From Mobula hypostoma (lineage: Eukaryota), in assembly GCF_963921235.1 (NCBI RefSeq), contig NC_086109.1:2296001-2360000 (forward strand): a DNA stretch of 64,000 bases, in the 5' to 3' direction. Positions within the stretch are counted from its first letter, which is position 1; every line of letters starts with the position of its first letter. Positions 11,811 through 23,521 of the stretch are shown here, in pieces. Under the pieces are notes generated by a model. It was not told the DNA's origin and did not search any database. It saw nothing but the letters and a program-made list of their open reading frames with translations. The translations under genes were made by a program, and so were the position numbers.

Positions 11811-12909
11811 TTAGCGGAAGTTAGAGAAGTCGATGTTCATGCCATCAGGTTGGAGGCTACCCAGACGGAATATAAGGTGTTGTTCCTCCAACCTGAGTGT
11901 GGCTTCATCTTTACAGTAGAGGAGGCCGTGGATAGACATGTCAGAATGGGAATGGGATGTGGAATTAAAATGTGTGGCCACTGGGAGATCCTGCTTTCTC
12001 TGGCGGACAGAGCGTAGATGTTCAGCAAAGCGGTCTCCCAGTCTGCGTTGGGTCTCGCCAATATATAAAAGGCCACATCGGGAGCACCGGACGCAGTATA
12101 TCACCCCAGTCGACTCACAGGTGAAGTGTTGCCTCACTTGGAGGGACTGTTTGGGGCCCTGAATGGTGGTAAGGGAGGAAGTGTAAGGGCATGTGTAGCA
12201 CTTGTTCTGCTTACAGGGATAAGGGCCAGGAGGGAGATCAGTGGGGAGGGATGGGAGGGACGAATGGACAAGGGAGTTGCGTAGGGAGCGATCCCTGCGG
12301 AATGCGGGGGGGGAGGGAAAGATGTGCTTAGTGGTGGGATCCCGTTGGAGGTGGCGGAAGTTACGGAGAATAATATGTTGGACCCGGAGGCTGGTGGGGT
12401 GGTAGGTGAGGACCAGGAGAACCCTATTCCTAGTCGGGTGGCGGGAGGATGGAGTGAGAGCAGATGTACGTGAAATGGGGGAGATGCGTTTAAAAGCAGA
12501 GTTGATAGTGGAGGAAAGGAAGCCCCTTTCTTTAAAAAAGGAAGAAATCTCCCTCGTCCTAGAGTGAAAAGCCTCATCCTGAGAGCAGATGCAGCGGAGA
12601 CGGAGGAATTGCGAGAAGGGGATGGCGTTTTTGCAAGAGACAGGGTGAGAAGTGGAATAGTCCAGATAGCTGTGAGAGTCAGTAGGCTTATAGTAGACAT
12701 CAGTGGATAAGCTGTCTCCAGAGACAGAGACAGAAAGATCTAGAAAGGGGAGAGAGGTGTCGAAAATGGACCAGGTAAACTTGAGGGCAGGGTGAAAGTT
12801 GGAGGCAAAGTTAATAAAGTCAACGAGTTCTGCATGCGTGCAGGAAGCAGCGCCAATGCAGTCGTCGATGTAGCGAAGGAAAAGTGGTGGACAGATACCA
12901 GAATAGGCA
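11811..12909 (-). pseudogene. 5'-truncated PLE RT (YIDD onward) plus GIY-YIG endonuclease frame, inverted arm
   Basis: FLRYIDD, YYKPTD, PCKQNKCYTC, GVIYC..YIGET, RFAEH; no internal stop. Confidence 0.85.
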
Positions 12910-15036
12910 GGCCTCACGTTTGTCCCCCTTCGCCCACACCTCAGCAAGTTCCGTGTTCGCCATGATGCGGAACTTTTCTTCCGCCGTCTCCGTCTCCGAG
13001 CCTACTTCTTCGGCAAGGATTCTTCCACTCCCACCGATGACCCCTTCTCCCGTCTTCAACCCTCCTCTTCTTCATGGACACCCGGCTCTGGTCTTCTGCC
13101 TGCTCTGGATCTCTTTATCGGTAATTGCCGACGGGACATCAACCGTCTCGACTTCACTGCATCTTGTCCCCATTCCAACCTCACTCCTTCCGAACGCTCT
13201 GCTCTCCACTCCCTCCGCACTAATCCTAACCTTATTATTAAACCCGCCGATAAGGGGGGTGCTGTTGTAGTCTGGCGTGCTGACCTCTACCTTGCCGAGG
13301 CACAGCGACAACTCGCGGATACCTCCTCTTATTTACCCCTCGATCGTGACCCCACTAAGGAGCACCAGGGCATTGTCTCCCACACCATCACCGACTTTAT
13401 CCACTCAGGGGATCTCTCATCCACTGCTACCAACCTTATAGTTCCCACACCTCGCACTGCCCGTTTCTACCTCCTACCCAAGATCCACAAACCTGCCTGT
13501 CCTGGCCGACCTATTGTCTCAGCTTGCTCCTGCCCCACCGAACTCGTTTCTGCATACCTCGACACGGTTTTATCCCCCCTTGTTCAATTCCTTCCGACCT
13601 ATGTTCGTGACACTTCTCACGCTCTTAAACTTTTCGATGATTTTAAGTTCCCTGGCCCCCACCGCTTTATTTTCACCATGGATGTCCAGTCCTTATATAC
13701 TTCCATTCCCCATCAGGATGGTCTCAAAGCTCTACGGTTCTTTTTGGATTCCAGACCTAATCAGTTCCCCTCTACTACCACTCTGCTCCGTCTAGCGGAA
13801 TTAGTCCTTACTCTTAATAATTTCTCCTTTGGCTCCTCCCACTTCCTCCAAACTAAAGGTGTAGCTATGGGCACCCGTATGGGTCCTAGCTATGCCTGCC
13901 TTTTTGTTGGGTTTGTGGAACAATCTATGTTCCGTGCCTATTCTGGTATCTGTCCCCCACTTTTCCTTCGCTACATCGACGACTGCATTGGCGCTGCTTC
14001 CTGCACGCATGCAGAACTCGTTGACTTTATTAACTTTGCCTCCAACTTTCACCCTGCCCTCAAGTTTACCTGGTCCATTTCCGACACCTCCCTCCCCTTT
14101 CTAGATCTTTCTGTCTCGGTCTCTGGAGACAGCTTATCCACTGATGTCTACTATAAGCCTACTGACTCTCACAGCTATCTGGACTATTCCTCTTCTCACC
14201 CTGTCTCTTGCAAAAACGCCATCCCCTTCTCACAATTCCACCGTCTCCGCCGCATCTGCTCTCAGGATGAGGCTTTTCACTCTAGGACGAGGGAGATGTC
14301 TTCCTTTTTTAAAGAAAGGGGCTTCCCTTCCTCCACTATCAACTCTGCTCTTAAACGCATCTCCCCCATTTCACGTACATCTGCTCTCACTCCATCTTCC
14401 CGCCACCCCACTAGGAATAGGGTTCCCCTGGTCCTCACCTACCACCCCACCATCCTCCGGGTCCAACAAATTATTCTCCGTAACTTCCGCCACCTCCAAC
14501 GGGATCCCGCCACTAAGCACATCTTTCCCTCCCCCACCCCTGCATTCCGCAGGGATCGCTCCCTACGCAACTCCCTTGTCCATTCGTCCCCCCCATCCCT
14601 CCCCACTGATCTCCCTCCTGGCACTTATCCGTGTAAGCGGAACAAGTGCTACACATGCCCTTACACTTCCTCCCTTACCACCATTCAGGGCCCCAAACAG
14701 TCCTTCCAGGTGAGGCAACACTTCACCTGTGAGTCGTCTGGGGTGATATACTGCGTCTTTTGCTCCCGATGTGGCCTTTTATATATTGGCGAGACCCGAC
14801 GCAGACTGGGGGACCGCTTTGCTGAACATCTACGCTCTGTCCGCCAGAGAAAGCAGGATCTCTCAGTGGCCACACATTTTAATTCCACATCCCATTCCCA
14901 TTCTGACATGTCTATCCACGGCCTCCTCTACTGTAGAGATGAGGCCACACTCAGTTTGGAGGAACAACACCTTATATTCCGTCTGGGTGGCCTCCAACCT
15001 GATGGTATGAACATCGACTTCTCTAACTTCCGCTAA
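12910..15036 (+). CDS. PLE reverse transcriptase/GIY-YIG endonuclease polyprotein, 5'-truncated
   Basis: Hand translation shows the frame is open from 12910 (GLTFVP) into the tracked ORF 13678..15036, 708 codons in total: KPADKGG, LPKIHKP, RPIVS, GVAMG, YIDD, Cys-rich linker, VIYC..YIGET. Confidence 0.88.
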   Translation, partial: GLTFVPLRPHLSKFRVRHDAELFFRRLRLRAYFFGKDSSTPTDDPFSRLQPSSSSWTPGSGLLPALDLFIGNCRRDINRLDFTASCPHSNLTPSERSALHSLRTNPNLIIKPADKGGAVVVWRADLYLAEAQRQLADTSSYLPLDRDPTKEHQGIVSHTITDFIHSGDLSSTATNLIVPTPRTARFYLLPKIHKPACPGRPIVSACSCPTELVSAYLDTVLSPLVQFLPTYVRDTSHALKLFDDFKFPGPHRFIFTMDVQSLYTSIPHQDGLKALRFFLDSRPNQFPSTTTLLRLAELVLTLNNFSFGSSHFLQTKGVAMGTRMGPSYACLFVGFVEQSMFRAYSGICPPLFLRYIDDCIGAASCTHAELVDFINFASNFHPALKFTWSISDTSLPFLDLSVSVSGDSLSTDVYYKPTDSHSYLDYSSSHPVSCKNAIPFSQFHRLRRICSQDEAFHSRTREMSSFFKERGFPSSTINSALKRISPISRTSALTPSSRHPTRNRVPLVLTYHPTILRVQQIILRNFRHLQRDPATKHIFPSPTPAFRRDRSLRNSLVHSSPPSLPTDLPPGTYPCKRNKCYTCPYTSSLTTIQGPKQSFQVRQHFTCESSGVIYCVFCSRCGLLYIGETRRRLGDRFAEHLRSVRQRKQDLSVATHFNSTSHSHSDMSIHGLLYCRDEATLSLEEQHLIFRLGGLQPDGMNIDFSNFR

Positions 15037-15326
15037 GGCCCCACCTCCCCCTCGTACCCCATCTGTTACTTATTTTTATGCACACATTCTTTCTCTTACT
15101 CTCCCTTTTCTCCCTCAGTCCCTCTGAATATACCCCTTGCCCATCCTCTGGGTTCCCCCCCTTGTCTTTCTTCCCGGACCTCCTGTCCCATGATCCTCTC
15201 GTATCCCTTTTGCCAATCACCTGTCCAGCTCTTGCCTCTATCCCTCCCCCTCCTGTCTTCTCCTATCATTTTGGATCTCCCCCTCCCCCTCCCACTTTCA
15301 AATCCCTTACTCACTCTTCCTTCAGT

Positions 15327-15364
15327 TAGTCCTGACGAAGGGTCTCGGCCTGAAACGTCGACTG
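15327..15364 (+). ncRNA. Minimal type I hammerhead ribozyme in PLE terminal repeat
   Basis: TAGTC CTGACGA AGGGTCTCGGCCT GAAA CG TC|GACTG; predicted cleavage after C15359. Confidence 0.82.
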
Positions 15365-15504
15365 TACCTCTTCCTAGAGATGCTGCCTGGCCTGCTGTGT
15401 TCACCAGCAACTTTGATGTATGTTGCTTGAATTTCCAGCATCTGCAGAACTCCTGTTGTTTATATATTTCTCCCTTACGCTTATATATCGAAAATATCAT
15501 TAAT

Positions 15505-16111
15505 CGTTCATCCGGTTTAAGGTGGGGCTGGTGATGCCCAGCCAATACTGAACGCGCGGCAAAAAAAAACACACACAAAACAAAGGAAACTACGATATGC
15601 TTTATTAATAACACTTTATTAATTACGATGAAAGGTAATAACGCTAACAATAGAGAGGGAAGCAAAGGGGAGTTGAGGAAAGCGGATGCGAGCGTTAGCG
15701 GTGGCTGAAGCGCAGGCGAGGCCTGGTCGTGGGAAGCCGAGAAGATCGGTGGCGGAGGCGGCGGGCTGAGGAGGCCTGGTCGTGGCAAGCGGCGTCGAGC
15801 AGTGGCGGAGTCGAAGGGAATGTTTGATTGTGGTAAGCGGAATCGGAGTCGAAGCAGAGTCAAGCCAAAGTCGTGGTGTCTCCAAGAGAAAGAAAGTCCC
15901 GAGGAAAGAGGTGGCGAGCCCCAGGCCCTGGCGAAGACCGATCGGGCTGTTGGCCCATTTAAGCACCGGGCCAAGTTGAAAAGGTTAAGTTGTCGGCACT
16001 GGAGGCGATGGACTGGTCGGTTCTTTTTGCTGCTCCGCGGTGTTTGCTCGCGTCTGCTCCGGACTGCAGTGCCGGCTGCAGGGACGTCCGGCTTCGCGTC
16101 CGTGTCTCGCA
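15505..16111 (-). mobile_element. Possible solo LTR, GC/CpG-rich
   Basis: Sharply bounded GC-rich block. On minus it begins TG, has a CTTAAAT box and two AATAAA near the 3' end. It ends CG rather than CA and has no clear TSD. Confidence 0.4.
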
Positions 16112-17904
16112 ATGTTTACTTGGTTTTGGAACGGTCTGTGGTGATCGCCTGTGACAGCTGCAGTGATGACTGGCTACGTGTCTTTCATAAAAATTTACAT
16201 TTCTGAGGCTTTTCGCTTGCGTCGGTTGATTGCGTGATATTTTTCTCTCACTCTGCGCTTTGGACGTTTGAGGTTATTTTTGGTGAATTATGTCCAAGTT
16301 TCTTCTTTTGTGGCTGCTTGTATAGAGACGAATCTCTAGGTTATATTCGGTAAACATGCTTTGATAACTAATGTACTTTGAACTTGCAAAGTTTGAATCT
16401 TGCCAGGTGGATTAAGATGGCGCCTCTAGGAGCTCACCTGCGGAAGCAGCTTAAATTCCTCTTTTATTTCATTGACAAGGTAGCTGGGATTCTCTCGAAG
16501 TCCTGATCTACAAGTTGCACTTAAACTGCGTTGTTTTTCATGGCGGATGAATTCCTGTGATGTGATTGGATGTTTCTCTCTCCCCCCCCCCGCTCGCTCT
16601 CTCTACCACCCTCTATCACTCTCTATCACCCCCACCCCACACCATCTCTCTCCTCTCTCGAGCCAGTGAATTTCGGAATAAAAAGCGGCGAGGCGGACTG
16701 TAGTATCATAACAGCCGCTACTTGTTTCGCTGTGAAAATGAGTCTGGTCCCTTGTTCGAGAGAGCGCGCCTGTGGTATGTCGAACTGTCGGGTGAACAGT
16801 AACTTTTGTTGTTCAGGTGCTTTGCTATTGCTTGCTGACGCTTTTTGTTGAAACGGGCCGGGCGGGAGGTTGAGGGCGGGGTGTGGGGTGCTTATGCGCT
16901 GATGCTTGCTGCTGGTTGCGCGGGGAGGGGCAGAGGGGACTTTGTGGATGTAACTTTTCTGTCGTTATTATTTGTTTGGGGTTCTTCTGTATCTCGTGCA
17001 GGTCTGTGAAGACAAGCATTTCACATTGTATATTACATAGATTTTTATAATAAAGGGAACAATCTGAACTTTCGAAACGGAATATCAGCGTGCATTTCCT
17101 TGATATTACTATCTTCTACGTCCTTCTCTCGCGCGCTCTGGTATTGACTATAGTTAGACACAGTCTTTGCTCCGGTTACACCACTTGACGCCGTTTAGTT
17201 TTCTCATTGATTGCTTTTTAATTCTCAGAGCCTAATTGAATATAAACTTTCCAAATACTATACATGATTGATTAGACTTCTTGCAGCAGGTTCGGGCAAT
17301 AGGGAATCTTCGTTGAGGGAAGATCGACAAGGAATGCTTGTCATAAGTAGAATGAAGGTAACCAATGAATAGGATTTGTTAACAAGTCGTGGCAAGCCCC
17401 GGGGCAGGCAGTAACCCTGAGGAGAATACCATTACGGGTAATACCATGCATGGAAGACGGGGCATAATATAACCCTACCTGTGCCCTTAGGCCAGAGTTA
17501 GTGAAAGGTTGGCACAGGCTAACAGGTAAGCATCACGTGCAAACCAGGTAGAATAAGAGAAGGATGAATGGTTTCAGAAGCAGTGCAGGGACGACCCAGG
17601 GGAGGAACTATCGCAATGAAAACTGGCAAGGCAAGGAGAAAAACGACCTGCGGGTGTTTCCTCATTTGGCTTTCTAAATATTTCGCCAGGAGTGAAAATC
17701 GATCTTTGTCTAAGTGTCAACAGGAGGGTGGAGCACTGATAGAAAAGGAATGTTAGTGTTTAGGACACTGGAATACTCATGTGAGTTTTTAATTCTGTGA
17801 AACTCCCTGGTCGGGCAGCATCCGTGGAATCTTTCGTCAGGACTGAAGAGGGACGGGGCAGAGGACCTATAAAGAAGGTGGGGGGAGGGTGGGAATCCTT
17901 ACCT

Positions 17905-18915
17905 CATATACTCTGTCCAGGCTTTTTAATATTCGTCAGGTTTCAGTGAGACCCCCCTCATCCTTCTAAATTCCAACGTGTACAGACTCAGAACCGTCAA
18001 ACGTTCTTCGTATGATAACCCTTTCATTCCTGGAATCATCCTTGTGAACCTCTTCTGTACCCTCTGCAATACTAGCACATCTTTCCCAAATGGAACACCT
18101 GCAGCCTAACAGTTTAGCAAATAGCCCGCACATTTATTTCTACTACCAAAGTGCATAATCATGCATTTTCCAAAATTGCATTTAAATTTAATTTGCCACT
18201 TTCTTGCCCATTCTCCTAACTTGTCTAAGCCCATCTGAATCCTACCTGTTTCTTCAACACTACCTGCCCCTCCACCAATCTTCGTAACATCTGCAAACTT
18301 GGCAACAAAGCCATCTATTCGATCATCTAAATCATTGATATACAGCATAAAAGGCAGTGGTCCCAACACCGACCTCTTGCGGAACACGGCACCCACCCAG
18401 AAAAGACTCATTTTATTCCCACTCGCTGTCTCCTACAATCAGCCAATGCCAGTGTTAGTAATTTTCCGGTAATAGCAATACAATTGACTCTTAACTGGTA
18501 AGCAGCCTCATGTCAAAGGCCTTCTGAAAGTCCAAATACACAACATACACTGTATCCTCTTTATCTATCCTACTTCTAATCTCCTAAAAGAGTTCCAACA
18601 GGTTCGTCAGGCAGGATTTTTCCTGAGGGAAACCATGCTGACTTTGTACTATCTTGTTCCGTGTCACCAGGTATTCCATCACTTCATCCTTAACAATTAA
18701 TTCTAACATCTTCCCAACCACTGAGGTCAGGATAACTGGTCTATAATTTCCTTTCTGCTGCCTTCCTCCTTTCTTAAAGAGTGGTGTGACATGTGTAATT
18801 TTCCAGTCCTCTGGCACCATGCCAGAGTCCAATGATTTCTGAAAGATCGTTTCTAATGCCACCACAATCACGAACGCTGCCTCTTTCAGAACCCTAGTAT
18901 GCAGATCATCTGGTA
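17905..18915 (-). mobile_element. Degraded CR1 ORF2 fragment
   Basis: PEDWKITHVTPLFKKG, NYRPV, QHGF, SCLTNLLE, SVLGPL, KFAD. Confidence 0.88.
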
Positions 18916-18919
18916 GATG

Positions 18920-19590
18920 AGATAGGAGATGGGATGTTAGATTGATTTTGTAGAAAACAATTGTGAAGCCAATTTGGAGAATTTTGTGTCGTCTTCGCCA
19001 CCCACTTAAAGGAAGACCGTGAAAAAGGCTGAAAGAGTACAGAGAAAATTTACAAGGTTGTTGCCGATTTTTGAGGATCTGAGCTACAAGGAAAGATTGA
19101 ATAGGTAGAACCTTCTTCCTTGGAACGTAGAAGATTGAAAGGAGATTTGATAGTGGTATGCAAAAATGCGAGAGATATAAATAGGGTAAAGCAAGCATGC
19201 GTTTTTCCATTAAGTTTGCTTGCGATTACAGCCAGCGGTCATGGGTTAAAGGTTCAAAGGCACAATTCAATGTCAGAGAAATGTATACAATATGCATCCC
19301 GAAATTCTCTTTCTTCTGGCTGAAATGTCGAAAGTTTAATGGAAATGAGGGGAAACTTCTTCACCTGGAGGGTCGTGAGAGTGTGGAATAATCTACCAGC
19401 AGAAATGGTGTATGGGAGTTCGATTTCAACGTTTAAGCGAAGTTTGGATTGGTCAGTGGATAGTGGGGGTATGGAGTGCTATACTCCCGGTGCACGTCGA
19501 TCGGAGTGGGCAGTTTAAATAGTTTCGGCATAGACTAGATGGACCCAAGTGCCTGTTTCTCTGCTGTATTCTTCTGTGTCTCTCTAACTC
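18920..19590 (+). mobile_element. Degraded CR1 3' region
   Basis: LERRRLKGDLI remnant and CR1-type 3'UTR. Confidence 0.7.
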
Positions 19591-20488
19591 TATAATAAAC
19601 ATGATTCATTCTGATGTTGGTGTGTTGCGCATTGGCCGTAGGAGACGGAGAGGTGACCCCGCATTAGTGTATTTAATCATAGAAGGCTTAGATTTTGTGA
19701 TTCCCCCTAGTGTTTTTATCACGAGATAGGAATTGAAGAACTGTAGGGCTTCGATTTAAGATGAGAGTGGAGATGTTTAATTGGAAACTAAAGCGCAATG
19801 TCTTCACCCAGAGAGTGATCCGTGTATGCAGCGAGCTGCCGTGTCATTTCTCAGACACCTGGTAGTCAGGAGGGTAGGGAGACAAATCGCGTGTAGCAGC
19901 CGGGAGCAATTATTTTGGCATTATTTTGGACATAGATATTGTGAACCCAATGGCCTGTTCCCGCGCTTTACATTGTCCTGTTCTACATAGGTGTAAGACT
20001 TCTATAATTTGGCGACATCTCATTTCTCAGGGTGAACGTGACGCCTCGATGGCGACGAAGGCAAAAAATGTTTTAAACCCAGGACAATGTTAGGCATATT
20101 TCGTGCAAACAAGATGTAGATTATCATTGGGTTGTGGGTAGTGTGTGATGAAGCTACAATCAGATGAACGGGACGAGATAAAGTGGATATGCTGTTTTCG
20201 TCTCTCAATTTGCATCCCGGAAGTCCCGTACAGTTTCCTAACTGCTCAATTTCACAGTTAATTCAATAAATAAATCACAATCTGCGGTAGCTGTGATTTC
20301 ATTTGACTGACGTAATCGTTTTGTTTTTAAAGATTTGGAAACCTTTATTTTTAAATGTGTTTAAATCTGTCCCCGCGGAGATCGTTAAACGGTATACAAA
20401 AAGGGCACTGCCCTGCCTCGACACTTCGTTGCGTGAGTTCGGCTGTAGCACGGTGGGACGCGTCAGTGGGCGACAAAAAAGACAGAAA

Positions 20489-20555
20489 ATGGTGTATATG
20501 TTTTATAATGTGGAGAAAATATTGTACGTGTTCATTGCTGTCATTGGAGTTACCG
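20489..20555 (+). CDS. GPR139-like GPCR gene B, coding exon 1
   Basis: aaaATGg start, MVYMFYNVEKILYVFIAVIGVT, then G|GTAGGT donor at 20556. 67 nt, phase 1, same intron position as gene A. Confidence 0.88.
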
Positions 20556-21026
20556 GTAGGTGAGCAGAGTATTTCCTGTTTTCTCTCTCTCTCTGCAATT
20601 TGGTGTGACCCTTTTATTAACATTTTAGAAGCGTCCAATTTGATTATCGTGGCACAAATATTCTTCAGAGATATCGAACCTTCCATAACTTTCTCATTCT
20701 GCGACAGCCTCGTTTTCCTCTTACTCACATTCTCCATTTCGAATGCCTCTCTTACCTGTAGTGGCACCTTGTGCAAAGTCGTGCTAGGGCTGAGGGCAGA
20801 CAGCTTTTGGGTAATGGTTGACCGGGGGGGGGGGGGGTTTACATCGTGAAGTTTACCGTTTCTGAGTTATTGATCAGAGTAAACACCTAGCGCTATGGAC
20901 ATGGTTCACCGTGGAATCCCTCACCACCCGATTACACTGCCTGGTTGTCAATAATTGGTTCCAATCTGCAGTGATAAATCACTGAAACCGACAATCGCGG
21001 TGACCGAAATCAGGATTAACCCCACT

Positions 21027-23282
21027 GAAAGATCACAAGACAAAGAAGCAGAAGTAGGCCATTCGGCCCATCGAGTCTGCAGCGCCACTCCGCCATCAGC
21101 TAAACTATTCTCCCATCTAGTTCCAATTTCCGGCTTTTTCCCCATATCCCTTGATATCCTGACTAATTAGATACCTATCAATCTCCTCCTTAAACACTCT
21201 CAATGATCGGGCCTCCACAGCTGTATGTGGCAATGAATTCCCTAAATCCACGACCCTCTGGCTAAAAAAACTCCTCATCTCTGTTTTAACTGGATACCCT
21301 CTAATTCTAAGACTATGGCCTCTTGGCCTGGACTCACCCACCAGGGGAAACAGTCTTTCCACATCTACTCTGTCCAACTCTTTCAACATTCGAAATGTTT
21401 CTATGAGATCCCCTCTCATTCTTCTATACTCTAATGAATACAGTCCAAGAGCCGACAAACGCTCCTCATATGTTAGACCCTGCATTCCAGGAATTATCCT
21501 CGTAAATATTCTCTGATCTCTCTACAACATCAGTACATCCTTTCTAAGATAGGGGGCCCAAAACTGCACACTGTATTCCAAATGAGGTCTCACTGATGCC
21601 CCATAGAGCCTCATCAACAACTCCTTACTCTTATACACTATTCCTCTTGAAATGAATGCCAACATAGCATTCGCTTTCCTTACTGCCGATCCAACCTGGT
21701 GGTTAACCTTTAGGGTATCCTGCACGAGGACCCCCAAGTCCCTTTGCACTTCTGATTTTTGAATTTTCTCCCCATCTAAATAATAACCTGCCTGATTATT
21801 TCTTCTTCCAAAATGTACAACTGTACATTTCTCAAGATTGTATCTCATCTGCCATTTCTTTGCCCACTCTCCTAAACTGACCAAGTCTCTCTGCAATCTT
21901 TCTGTTTCTTCAACACTTCCTGCTCCTCCACCTATATTGGTGCCATCCGCAAATTTAGCCACAAAACCATTTAATCCATAATCTAAATCATTGATATACA
22001 TTTTTTAAAAAGCGGCCCCAACACCGACCCCTGCGGAACACCACTAGTAACCGGCAACCAATCAGAATAGGATCCCTTTTTCCCACCCTTTGCTTTCTGC
22101 CTATCAGCCAATGCTGCACCCATTTCAATATCTTTCCTGTAATTACATGGGCTCTCATCTTATTAAGCAGCCTCTTATACGGCACCCTATCGAAGGCCTT
22201 TTGAAAATCCAAATACACAACATCCACAGCCTCTCCCTTATCAATCTTATTTGAGATTACCTCAAAAAATTCCAATAGGTTGGTGAGGCAGGATCTTCCC
22301 TTCATGAAACCATGCTGGCTTCGGCCTATCTTGTCATCCACCTCGAGGTATTTCATAACCTCGTCCTTGAGGATCAACTCCAATATCTTTCCAACTACCG
22401 ATGTCAGACTAATAGGTCTGTAATTTTCTTTTTGCTGCTTCCCTCCTTTTTCAAACAGCGGAACTACATTTCCAACCTTCCAGTCCTCCGGAACCATGCC
22501 AGAATCTATTGATTCCTGTAACATCATTTCCAAGGCCTCCACAATCTCCAAAGCCACCTTTTTCAGAACCCGTGGGTGCACCTCATCTAGTCCGGGAAAC
22601 CTATCTATTTATAGTCCATTTAGCTTCCCAAGCAGTTTCCCTCTAGTAATCTTGACCGTACCTAATTCCATTCCCTGAGACTTCTGGCTATCAGGTATGT
22701 TGCTAATGTCTTCCACTGTGAAGTGTGATGCAAAATACTCATTTAGTTCCTCTGCCATCTCTTTGTTACCCATTATAATTTCTCCAGCATCATTTTCAAT
22801 CGGTCCTATATCTATCCATGTCACTCTTTTACTCCTCATGTATTTAAAAGATCTCTTAGTATCCTTTTTATGTTCATTGCCAACTTCCTTTCAAATTCAT
22901 CTTTTCTTTCCTAATGACTTTCTTAGTTTCCTTCTGTGAGTTTTTAAAAGTCGTCCAGACTCAGTTTTCCCACTAATTTTTGCTTCCTTGTACGCCGTCT
23001 CTTTTGCTTTTATTTTAGCCTTAACCTCTCTCATTAGCCACATTTGTGCCATTTTTCCATTCATGATTTCCTTTTTTCTTGGAATATATTTTTCCCGACT
23101 TTCCTTATTTCTTGTAGGAATTTCATCCAGTTCTGTTCTACCGTCCCTCCATCTAGCTTACTTTTCCAATCAACTTGGGCCAGTTTCTCTCTCATACCAC
23201 TGTAATTTCCTTTGTTCCACTGAAATATCGATACACCTGATACCAGCTTCTCCTTTTCAAATTTGAAACTGAACTCAATCAT
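21027..23282 (-). mobile_element. 5'-truncated CR1 LINE with frameshifts, antisense in the gene B intron
   Basis: ORFs 23061..23282, 22609..22839, 21988..22581 (YLDFQKAFDRV), 21522..22001 (KFAD) and 21117..21485 are consecutive ORF2 pieces, followed by the 3'UTR. Confidence 0.93.
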
Positions 23283-23521
23283 TTCTTTCGTTATTGTTTA
23301 TGACTGCTCGCTCAGTCCCCGTTGTTTACCACATCCATCGCTCTATTCCTGGACCCGTCAGGCAGACAGTTTGAGCACAGTTGGGCCCGTCTCTGATGTT
23401 ATTAGATTTGCCATTGCTCAAGGACACCAACTCTCCTGATGGTTATCTAAAACCGAGTCCATGCCCTGACCGTAAAATGTGTCTAGCAAAGTCCACCGTC
23501 TGTTCCCTTCTCTCCTTTCAG

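Larger units (their letters stand above)
11422..15464. mobile_element. Penelope-like (Neptune-type) retroelement insertion with inverted duplicated 3' arm
   Basis: Minus arm 11422-12909 is the inverted copy of about 13935-15424. The plus copy runs 12910-15464. Flanked by TSD tatttctccct (11411-11421 and 15465-15475). Confidence 0.92.

Noticed and set aside
12134..14713. 188-aa and 189-aa Ser/Pro-rich ORFs and opposite-strand ORFs over the PLE
   Set aside because: Alternative frames of C-rich PLE coding sequence, duplicated by the inverted repeat.
15096..16112. 338-aa minus-strand ORF; the Arg-rich GC block also suggested a protamine-like gene
   Set aside because: Crosses three unrelated repeats, is low complexity, starts at a non-ATG codon and shows no domain or Arg-cluster frame.
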